Below are positions 52,401-63,300 of a stretch of 64,000 nucleotides of DNA, one piece after another. The first letter of the stretch is position 1, and each line of letters starts with the position of its first letter. Location: contig CATNEN010000025.1 in assembly GCA_950097015.1 (NCBI GenBank), forward strand, positions 5,518,001 through 5,582,000, in the 5' to 3' direction. Origin of the DNA: Macrostomum hystrix (lineage: Eukaryota > Animalia > Platyhelminthes). The notes under the pieces were generated by a model. The model was not told the DNA's origin and searched no databases. It saw only the letters and a list, made by a program, of their open reading frames with translations. A program made the translations under genes and the position numbers.

Positions 52401-54302
52401 TAGGAAAGTCTGTCTGTTCTGTAAGAGGATTTAGGGAAATCTGTCTGTTCTGTAAGAGGATTTAGGGAAGTCTGTCTGTTCTGTAAGAGGATTTGGGGAA
52501 ATCTGTCTGTTCTGTATGAGGATTTAGGGAAATCTGTCTGTTCTGTAAGAGGATTTAGGGAAATCTGTCTGTTCTGTAAGAGGATTTAGGGAAATCTGTC
52601 TGTTCTGTAAGAGGATTTAGGGAAATCTGTCTGTTCTGTAAGGGGATTTAGGGAACTCTGTCTGTTCTGTAAGAGGATTTGGGGAAGTCTAGCTGTTCTG
52701 TATTTGGATTTGGGGAAGTCTAGCTGTTCTGTATTTGGATTTGGGGAAATCTAGCTGTTCTGTATTTGGATTTAGGGAAGTCTAGCTGTTCTGTATGGGG
52801 ATTTAGGGAAGTCTAGCTGTTCTGTATTTGGATTTGGGGAAGTCTAGCTGTTCTGTATGGGGATTTAGGGAAGTCTAGCTGTTCTGTATGGGGATTTAGG
52901 GAAGTCTAGCTGTTCTGTATTTGGATTTGGGGAAGTCTAGCTGTTCTGTATTTGGATTTGGGAAAGTCTAGCTGTTCTGTATTTGGATTTGGGGAAGTCT
53001 AGCTGTTCTGTATTTGGATTTGGGGAAGTCTAGCTGTTCTGTGTGGGGATTTAGGGAAGTCTAGCTGTTCTGTATGGGGATTTAGGGAAGTCTAGCTGTT
53101 CTGTATGAGGATTGGGATTTGGGGATATTTGGCTATGGTGTGCATGGGAAATTTCGAGAAGGAAATCGACCGATCAGAGGAATGATTTTGGAAGAAGTTA
53201 GCTTGTTTCCTAGAGGAGTTTCACGAATACCAAAGTCTTAATAAAGTTGCGTAGTGATTCTTCTTCAGCAGCATTTGATTAAAGCCGACCCACCCTCCCT
53301 CAGGACGCTCTCAGTCCAATCGTTGACGACTTATTCGGCGGTCGTCCATCCACTGCGGCTGCAACGCCCGAAGCTCACCAGCTGCTCGAGTCACAGCGCG
53401 ATTTTGCCGCCAACCTGTTGCTACGCCAGCCGGCGAATTGTTTAGCCCTGCTGCCGGCTCCGCTGCATCTGAGTAGGCGACAGTCGGACGAGCGCTGGCT
53501 CCGATTGTCCCGCAGCGTTGCCGACGCTCTGCTTCAAGCTTTGAGCACTGGCTCGTTGCCTGTTGATCGATTAGATCAGCTGCGCTCTCTCGACACTGTC
53601 CTAGCCGCTTGCTCCCCAGCAGCTTTGCGGCCTACAGATGTACCTTTGGGCCTGCTATTCTTGCCAATGTTGGACAACGCGTCTGGCTCCGTGATTATGT
53701 TTGGCCGCTGGCTAGCCGCTGTGCTGGCTGGTGTTAGACTGCTGCTGGCTCAGCCAGAGGAGGCTGTACTGCCCCGCCTGGCTGCGCTAGAGGTGCCGCC
53801 GCCTCCTGTGCCGATTGTGCCAGCTAGTGCGCCGGCTACATCGTCGGCTAGCTCGCCAGCTGCGGCGTCTCCGGATGAGCAGACTTTGGGCATCCAGCTC
53901 GTGTCTGTGCTAGCTGCAGCTCTAGAGGAACTACTGACATCGTCGGCTTCGGCATCTTCGTCAACGTCAGTCGTCGCTCAGTCGTCCGGACCTCTGGCTG
54001 ATTCGGACGCGGATGTGTCGACATCCCCGACGGTCGCCGACAGCTTTCTAGCCGACGGTGCCACCCTGCTGTTGCTGTACCTGTGCCAGCTCACTTCAGC
54101 ATATAGACGGCTGGGCGCTTTCTTCTGCCGCCGACCGGACATTGTGGCCGCATTGAATAGCCGGGTTGCCCAGTTGGTCACTACACAGCCGCGTCTGGTT
54201 ATCGTTTATTGCTACCTGCTAACACGGTGAGACTGAGAACAATAGGAGTGATAGATTGTCTCTCTATTCACTCCCGCATCCTCACAGTCTCTCACCCTCT
54301 CA

Positions 54303-54333
<31 letters not shown>

Positions 54334-57300
54334 TCTAACCCTGTCTCACCCTCTCACCCTCTCACCCTCTTACTCTCTCACCCTCTAACCCTGTCTCACC
54401 CTCTCACTCTCTCACCCTGAAATTCAATGGGCAGTGGCCTTTCTCCTCTCTCCCGCTCTCTCTCCCTCTCTCTCAGGCCAGCACCGGCGTCTCGTACGAC
54501 CGAGTCAGTGCCACGGAGTTGAGTGAGTGTGGATTGAGTTGCGGGGCGCTGCCGAATCGATTACGATATGTTGAGATTGGAAGCTGGATTTGAACAAGCG
54601 CCTATAGCCTAATGGCTAGAGCGCTAGGCTAGACTCTACTGATGAGCTCCAAAAAGAGCGAAACGCGTCTGGAGTTGCCTTGGTTCGAATCCTGATTTCA
54701 ATTTTTTCGATACATATCGGAATCGATTCCAACATTAGAATTTTGAAATTCAATGGGCAGTGTCCTCTCTCCTCTCTCCCGCTCTCTCTCTCCCTCTCTC
54801 CCTCTCTCACTCTCTCACTCTCTCACCCTCTCACTCTCTCACTCTCTCACCCTCTCACTCTCTCACTCTCTCACCCTCTCACTCTCACACTCTCTCACTC
54901 TCTCACCCTCTCACTCTCTCACTCTCTCACCCTCTAACCCTGTCTCACCCTGTCTCACCCTCTTACTCTCTCACCCTCTAACCCTGTCTCACCCTCTCAC
55001 TCTCTCCCCCTGTCTCACCCTGTCTCACCCTGTCTCACCCTGTCTCACCCTGTCTCACCCTCTCATTTCTCTCACTTCTCTCTCAACCTCACCCTCTCGC
55101 CCTAGTAATATTCCAATCTAACACGTGTGCTCGGAATGTTGGCTAGCTGTGCCTAGAACCGCGTGCATTGGCCCAACCAATTATCTACCTGCGATATGTA
55201 CATCGATATGCCAATCGATAGTTGCACCACCCCCCGGTTTGCTCAAATAATTTTAGCAATTTTAGCACCACCCCCGGTTTGCACCCCCTCTCTCACCTGT
55301 CTCACCGTCTCACCTCTCTTATCCTCTCACATTCTCTCACACTCACGCATTCTAACACTATCAGCCTCTCACACCCCTCTTGCTCTCTTCCCTGACGAAA
55401 AACTTAACAAATATGCGAAGTCTCGGTAAATTTATATAAATCGTCTCTTTCTTGTTTGTTGCAAGTGCCGTTGGAGGCGCTTTCCTCTCTCTCCCTCTCT
55501 CTCACCCTCCCTCACTCTCTCACCCTGTCTCACACTGTCATCCTCATTTATAATCTTCTTCACCCTCAATATACCTCTTATTATTTTTTCAACACATATA
55601 GGCGGCTAGTGTTGTTGATTTCGCCCTGTTTACTGCAGCCAATTATATATTATTTTCAATGCCATCCATCAGATGGGGCTACTTCGAAGAGGACTGGTGG
55701 CTGCGCATGCTTCGGCCGTCAGATCCGGCCCACGATTACAATGCCCAGCTGTGCAAACGCGGCGCCCTCTGCGTCCTGGCCGACTGGACCGCGTCTGATA
55801 ACGACGGCGAGAAATTCTCCTGGCTAATACCGAATTTCCTGTCGGACATTGTTGTGAACAGTCGACGCTACGAAGAGCTGCACCGGCTGGTGTCCGCCGT
55901 GCACAGAAACCGATTGGCCTCGGAAATGCTGGTCAACTCGGCCAGCTTAAACTGGGACGCTTTCCGCGGCCAGCCTGTGGCGCAGAAGCTGCTGCTGGCC
56001 TGCTGCGAAGGCCTTCACCTGGACGCCTCCGGCCTGCTTGTGCGATTTCTGTTCGAAAGGTGAGAAATTCATTTGCTTACTGCTTGATTCCTGAATTGCC
56101 TTCTGTCTGTAAATTTCCTGAGTTGTGTCTGTAATTCGCTGAGTTTCGGGTCTGTAATATACCCTGAGTTACATGTCTGTAATTCCCTGAGTTTCGGGTC
56201 TGTAATTCCCTGAGTTTCGGGTCTGTAATTCCCTGAGTTACATGTCTGTAATTCCCTGAGTTTCGGGTCTGTAATTCCCTGAGTTTCATGTCTCTAATTC
56301 CCTGAGTTACATGTCTGTAATTCCCTGAGTTACAGGTCTGTAATTCCCTGAGTTACATGTCTGTAATTCCCTGAGTTACATGTCTGTAATTCCCTGAGTT
56401 ACAGGTCTGTAATTCTCTGAGCTTCGGGTCTGTAATTTAGGAATGATTGATTCCTTAAATGAAATGGAATTGAAGCCCCGCTACCCCCATCCCAACAATG
56501 GCCAGGTTCATCTTCAGCTCCCCAAGCGGTGCCCTGCTGGCTGTTCGCCGACGCGCCGAATCTGTCGCGATCAGCCGGCTCAACATGCTCGAAGGTGCCG
56601 GCGGAGCCGCAACCGCCGCCTTCTCATTCGACGACGCCACCGACGCTTTGCGTCGTGCGCAGCAACGTCGACTCCCGGCACTGACAGCTGCTCTCAAGCG
56701 TTACCTTGGCAACCGGGGAGGCGGCGGTTCTCGTTCCTCCGCCTCCGCCGCCGCCGCCGCTGCCGCCGCTTCTCAACCAGTGGCCGTAGCTCGCAATGCC
56801 GACCCGCTAAGTTCGGGTCGGGACGCCGACGAAGACGACACCGATGCGGCTGCTGAAGCTCGCGCAGAAGCTGACTCCAGGGCCTGGTTCGCCAGCTGGA
56901 CAGCCGACTGGTGCCTCGGCAGCGAATCGGCCGGATCCATCGGCGGCGCCACTGGCGTTGCTGGCGCCCGGCTTCTGTGGCACCTGGACTCAGCCGCTTT
57001 GGCTAAAGTAAGACACTACTCACGACTTAATCTGGGATCAAGGATCTGGGATCAAGGATCTGGGATCAAGGATCTGGGATCAAGGATCTGGGATCAAGGA
57101 TCTGGGATCAAGGATCTGGGATCAAGGATCTGGGATCAAGGATCTGGGATCAAGGATCTGGGATCAAGGATCTGGGATCAAGGATCTGGGATCAAGGATC
57201 TGGGATCAAGGATCTGGGATCAAGGATCTGGGATCAAGGATCTGGGATCAAGGATCTGGGATCAAGGATCTGGGATCAAGGATCTGGGATCAAGGATCTG

Positions 57301-60300
57301 GGATCAAGGATCTGGGATCAAGGATCTGGGATCAAGGATCTGGGATCAAGGATCTGGGATCAAGGATCTGGGATCAAGGATCTGGGATCAAGGATCTGGG
57401 ATCAAGGATCTGGGATCAAGGATCGTAATTCGCAACTATCCTTTTGCACCAACCCAGGTTATGTCCGACCCGAAATTCAGTCTGCACCATTTGGAGTCCT
57501 GTATTCGTCTAGCTTCATCTTCGTCTGCCGCGTCCTCGTTATCGACTGGTCGTCAGCGAAGGCCTGCGTCGGCGACGTCGGCATCTGGGGGCATCCAGGG
57601 CCAAGGCCAGCTGATGGCCGCTTGCCAAGCTGCACTTTTAAAGCGTCTGTTAAAATCGTACGGTTCAGAGTCTGGCGATTCGGCCGCGTCCGCAGCCGCC
57701 ACCGGTGCTGCCGCCGCCGCTGCCGGCTCAGACGTTGAAGTTGACATTCCCGACGCCGAGACTTCTTCGGCTGTGCGCTGGAGTCTGGGCGCCTGCTGGC
57801 TGGCGCTGCTGTCGGCGCGTCCGGTGCCAACCGACCTTCCAGACGCTGACATCGCCAGGCCTCTTTGGCGCCTAGTAGTTCGCCTGCTAGCCGACAGCGC
57901 CACTCCGGGCGCCAGGTCGCGAACTCGGGACAGCGTTCGCCTTGCCCTGGCCTGCTTCCGACGGCCCGGCCTGGCCGCTTGCCTGTCCGAGGACGCTCGC
58001 CTGGCCGGTCGTCTAGTCGCCGCCGTTGCCGACCTGGCCGATTCCACCCGATGCACCGATCCGTGCTTGGCCGCCGCAGACGCTGTTGCCGCGGCGGCGG
58101 CCAGCGTTGCCGACGCAGGTTCGCCCGAGCGTCGACTTCGCCGGTTAATCGCCTTGGCAGCCGGCGACAGTGGGCCGCACGGCCTGGACGAGGATCTCCT
58201 GCTGCTGTGCGTGGCTCTGGCCAGGCTGCCGCACTTTAACGACTCCCTGAGGGTGCCGGAAGAGGCGGCTGTTCAGGATGGAGTTCACGTTGAATTGGGC
58301 GCCCTAAAGGATCCGCGCGTGCTGCAGGAGGTTGGGACAATGCGCTGAAATCACAGGGATTTCGATTACACTGCTCAAATATATCCCACAGCTCATACAG
58401 TACAGACACTGCTCAAATATATCCCACAGCTGATACAGTACAGACACTGCTCAAATATATCCCACAGCTCAGACAGAACAAACAGACACTGCTCAAATTA
58501 TCCCGCAAGTAAATTGTCCTCTTATCACGCTTATCCCGCAGGTGGTGACCCGAGGCGCCCTCCTAGGCTGGACCTCTCGCCAGCAGTTCGAAGAGACCTG
58601 GGTCTCCCTAATCAGCGTCCTGAATCCGGCCGTCGGCTTCGACGAGCCTCAGCGACTCGATCCCGAGGACGAAGTTGAAAGTACCCAGTGCAAACTACTG
58701 GCTGTGCGAGCTATCAGTCGGTTGCTATTGGATACGCTCACAGATTGGCCAGGCGATCCAGTGAGAAGGCAGCTCTATCATTGGCCAAGGCCGTTAGCCG
58801 CTCCTAGATTGAATTGTCCGCCAGATCCGTGAGTAGCAGCCACTGGAACTGGCATATATATAAGATTTAGATGCAAATGTTTTGCATCTAAGCAGTCGGG
58901 AGTTCGAATCTCAACTCAAGGAAAACTTGTAATTTCTATCATTTAGCAAGAGCATAAATTCCAGCATTAGAATTTGGTCGGTTAGAAATTTGCTCGCATG
59001 TTGCAGCCTCCCAACAATTAGAAGCATCGCGCAAAATCTGCGGCACTGCCACTGGCTGTCAATTTGTTATATTTATGAAAATTCAAGTAAATTTAAGTAA
59101 TTTCCAATTTCTTAAATATTAATTAGTATAACTTAACAGGTGATTTTGGTGTTTGATTTTTTCTGCGTGTAACTATTTAAATTCTTTGTTTATGTTTTGT
59201 ATATTTATAATTCGATTTTCTTTACACAAATTCGACTAAATATAATCCAATAGTAAGCGTTTAACTAACACCAGTGAATAGTATCTACCAACTATATTAT
59301 TATATTAAAAAAAATAAAAAACAATAACTTTCAGGTTTGCCGATGTGCGTTGCTGCGTTCTACAGCCAATCATGAATAAGCTCATGAGGTAGCTTTGTTA
59401 AAGTGGCGTTTTTAGACAACATTTTTGTTGCTAAGTTATCTATTTAAAGTAGAGAGTGATTTTCTTAGATTTAGTAGAAAATACTAGAATCTCAACATTT
59501 TTTCTTGCATATGAGAAGCTCTGATTATTTTAATTGAATGGCCTGTCCATACAAGACTGTCCATTTGAATATTAATTCATTTAGAATCTCACTTTTGTTT
59601 AATATTAGCGTTACTGTTCTGATTAAGTTACATTATTTCTTGTTCCATTTAGTTTTGCGTCTATTCAAATGACGAAAGTGTTAAAATTATCATTATTATT
59701 TTCATAAATTTTGATCTTTCACTAATTACCTGCAAATTTCATAATTTTCTCTTCTTAAATAAGCATTGAAAAATGACGAAATCTAAACTACATTCGTTTC
59801 TATAATAAAACAAAAACCCGTAAAGAAAAGAGAATTAGAAAAATGAGTTTGTCTTGTTATAACAAAATAGAATTTGCTATTCATAGGACTACGGGCTATC
59901 TTCCCGCTAAAAAATAGGGATGTTTCTTTGGGTGATTCCAGTTGGAATCTGCGGTGTTTCCAGAAAAAGAAACAGCCGAACGCTGGAAACATACCAATCG
60001 GATGATTCCATGCTTTGTAGTAGAAAAGCATGGAATTCTATCTATCCAACTGGGCGTTTTCTCGGTGCTTCTTGGTGGCGAAATGGAATCACCCAAAGAA
60101 TCCTCCAGTTCGGAAGATTCAATGCTCAGAAACCGCCGGGAATCGCCCGTAAATAAGTCTGGTTGTCCCATGGGCCACTGGTTCGGGTGATTCTTCGGTG
60201 GTTTCAGCACAATTTACGGTTCCATCGGCTGCTTCCTGGGTGGTTTCTTTAACTCTTGCGAGATAGGGGGGATTTTGGTAGATTCCACTCCTATTTTGCA

Positions 60301-63300
60301 CAAAAAACCCGCCGAAGAAGCAGCCGACTTTTTTACAGGGTTAGTTTGACTGCCCCTCAAAAATTTTATAATCTGATAACTACTGATAACTTTTAGTGTT
60401 TCAAGTGTTTGCTTTTTTCTTTTCTTTACTGTCAAGTCTGCATACTGTTTGTTTCCTGTGTCCTAGCACATATCTGTCGTTGTGTGAAACATTTTAGACA
60501 CATTTATTATTTTAAACTATTGTTTTTTGTTCTTCTAAAGAAAAATTAAGGTAGAAATTTCGATCACCTTAATAGATGGACTGTGCTTCTGCAAGAAAAA
60601 CAAATCATAACTTGCATGTCTGCTCGTACGCCATGTACACTAAATCCCGAAAAATCCACGGCCACCCCGTCCAGCCCATATCCTAACGTACGCTCGTACA
60701 CTCACTCCCGGAAAACCCACGGCAACCCCAACAAGCCCATACCCCAATGTACACTCACTCCCGGAAAACCCACGGCAACCCCAACAAGCCCATACCCCAA
60801 TGTACACTCACTCCCGGAAAAACCATGGCAACCCCAACAAGCCCATACCCCAATGTACACTCACTCCCGGAAAAACCATGGCAACCCCAACAAGCCCATA
60901 CCCCAATGTACACTCACTCCCGGAAAAACCACGGCAACCCCAGCAACCCCATACCCCAATGTACACTCACTCCCGGAAAAACCACGGCAACCCCAACCAG
61001 CCCATACCCCAATGTACACTCACTCCCGGAACAACTACGGCAACCCCAACCAGCCCATACCCCAATGTACACTCACTCGCGCAAAATCCGCCGAAACCCA
61101 TCCAGCCCTGATCTGAATGTATACTCCAGATAAAGGAGAGTAAAGCGAGCATGTGCTAGAAGTGACAATAATTTACTATTCTTTACAACCGATTGCACGC
61201 GCTTTTAAATTGACCCGATACTTCAAAAGATGAACATGAAGGTTAATGTAAAAAAACACAAAAACATTTTAGAAACGATCTCTCGCATGGCGACAGCATC
61301 AATCTGGAGCGCGTAGGAGACGTTTTAGCCTACAATTTGAATCAGATTGCCGTTAAGAAATTACGCGACAATGCCAGTAATAACCCTGGCGGCATTGGCG
61401 GCGCCAGCCAGTTGGACACTCGCAGCTGCCTGCAGTTCCTAATGGATCTGTTCCATTCTTGGCTTCGTTCGCCATGTTTAGCCAATCAGCTGCTAGCGGA
61501 AACTGTCAAATGCTGCGTCCTGGTGTCTGACCTGCTTTCTGACCTGGGTCAGCTGGACTGGCTGTCCAACCACCTCACTGAGTTGGCCGCGCAGCATCCG
61601 CACGAGGATTCGCAAACCTGGTTCTACATCTGGGCCGGATTGGGCAAAGCTCAGGTGGGATTCTACAAATTTAACCGTAGTTGTCCCTGCCGGACTATCA
61701 CAGAAGTTTAGTGACTATTCCCATGTTTTGATCAAAAGTCAGTCAGACTGATCCCATGTCATTCTGATCCCATGTCATTCTGATCCCATGTCATTCTGAT
61801 CCCCATATCAGTCTGATCCCATGTCAATTAGATCCCATGTTAGTCTGATCCCATGTCAGTCTGTTGATCCCATATTAGTCTGATCCCATGTCAGTCTGAT
61901 CCCATGTCAGTCTGATCCCATATCAGTCTGATCCCATGATAGTCTGATGATCCCATATCAGTCTGATCCCATGTCAGTCTGATCCCATATCAGTCTGATC
62001 CCATGATAGTCTGATGATCCCATATCATTCTGGTCCATATCAGTCTGATGATCCCATATCAGTCTGATCCCATGTCAGCCTGATCCCCATATCAGTCTGA
62101 TCCCATATCAGTCTGATCCCATATCAGTCTGATCCCATGTTAGTCTGATCCCATGTCAGTCTGATCCCATATCAGTCTGATCCCATATCAGTCTGATCCC
62201 ATGATAGTCTGATGATCCCATATCAGTCTGATTCCATGTCAGTCTGATCCCATATCAGTCTGATCCCATGATAGTCTGATGATCCCATATCAGTCTGATC
62301 CCATATCATTCTGGTCCATATCAGTCTGATGATCCCATATCAGTCTGATCCCATGTCAGCCTGATCCCCATATCAGTCTGATCCCATTTCAGTCTGATCC
62401 CATATCAGTCTGATCCCATGTTAGTCTGATCCCATGTCAGTCTGATCCCATATCAGTCTGATCCCATATCAGTCTGATGATCCCATATTAGTCTGATCCC
62501 ATATCATTCTGGTCCCATATCAGTCTGATGATCCCATATCAGTCTGATCCCATGTCAGCCTGATCCCCATATCAGTTTGATCCCATGTTAGACTGATCCC
62601 ATGTCAGTCTGATCCCAAGTCAGCCTGATCCCTTCCCTTTCAGGCGCTGCTGCTTTCAAATCAGCTCGCCGCTATCCAATCGGGTACGTCTTCGTCAGCC
62701 GCATCCGGCTCTGTTGGCGAATCGCCGGCAGGTGGCGAACAGGCCACCGCCCTAGTTAGCCAGTCCTGGTCGCGACTGGATCCGGCTCTGCGGCAGCTGA
62801 GTCCGACCGACTGTCCCCTGGTTCAGATGGGCTCGCTGCACGCCGCGCTTTACCTGCTGCAGTGCCGACCGCCGCCAAGCCAGGAGGCTCTGGCTCCGCT
62901 AGTCAGCTTCCTCGAGGCCGAGGTGGGCAATTTGGCGCTGACAAACCGAAGATCGGAGCGGCTGGCGTTGCTGGCTCTGTCGGCTGCTTTTCAGGTGTGT
63001 TTGAGTTTGCAATTCTGAAGTTGGGAATCACCTTTGATCTCAAGCTGGGAATCCCCTTTGATCTCAAGCTGGGAATCCCCTTCTGATCTCAAGTTGGGAA
63101 TCCCCTTCTGATCTCGAGTTGGGAATCCCCTTTGATCTCAAGCTGGGAATCCCCTTCTGATCTCAAGTTGGTAATCCCTTCTGATCTCAAGTTGGGAATC
63201 CCCTTTGATCTCAAGCTGGGAATCCCCTTCTGATCTCAAGTTGGGAATCCCCTTCTGATCTCAAGTTGGGAATTCCCTTCTGATCTCAAGTTGGGAATCC

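Larger units (their letters stand above)
54418..54800 (+). mobile_element. candidate retrozyme / Sm-alpha-like element: 326-bp unit with ~57-bp terminal direct repeats, containing a Pol III-hammerhead cassette
   Basis: TGAAATTCAATGGGCAGTG.CCT.TCTCCTCTCTCCCGCTCTCTCT.. at 54418 and 54744; 18-bp inverted repeat 54554-54571 / 54712-54729; hammerhead inside. Confidence 0.6.

Noticed and set aside
52240-53100. Telomeric TTAGGG repeats
   Set aside because: TTTAGGG occurs once per 31-bp monomer, not as tandem hexamers, so it is not an interstitial telomere.
54598-54707. Functional tRNA gene (also 8330-8385, 37121-37190, 43096-43140, 48295-48360)
   Set aside because: A/B boxes are present but acceptor and T stems do not pair, and bodies continue into repeat sequence. 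These are tRNA-derived heads, not tRNAs.
45477-58239. Antisense or shifted-frame ORFs overlapping HTT exons (45477-46202, 46265-46669, 57477-58056, 57865-58239 etc.) and STPG2 exons (38759-39088, 34891-35139)
   Set aside because: Shadow ORFs of GC-rich coding sequence; the homology-bearing frame is already assigned.
61945-62550. CTGATGA motifs in the 16-bp array as hammerhead or C-box cores
   Set aside because: They arise from a 3-nt insertion variant of the monomer; there is no stem II, GAAA or cleavage triplet arrangement.
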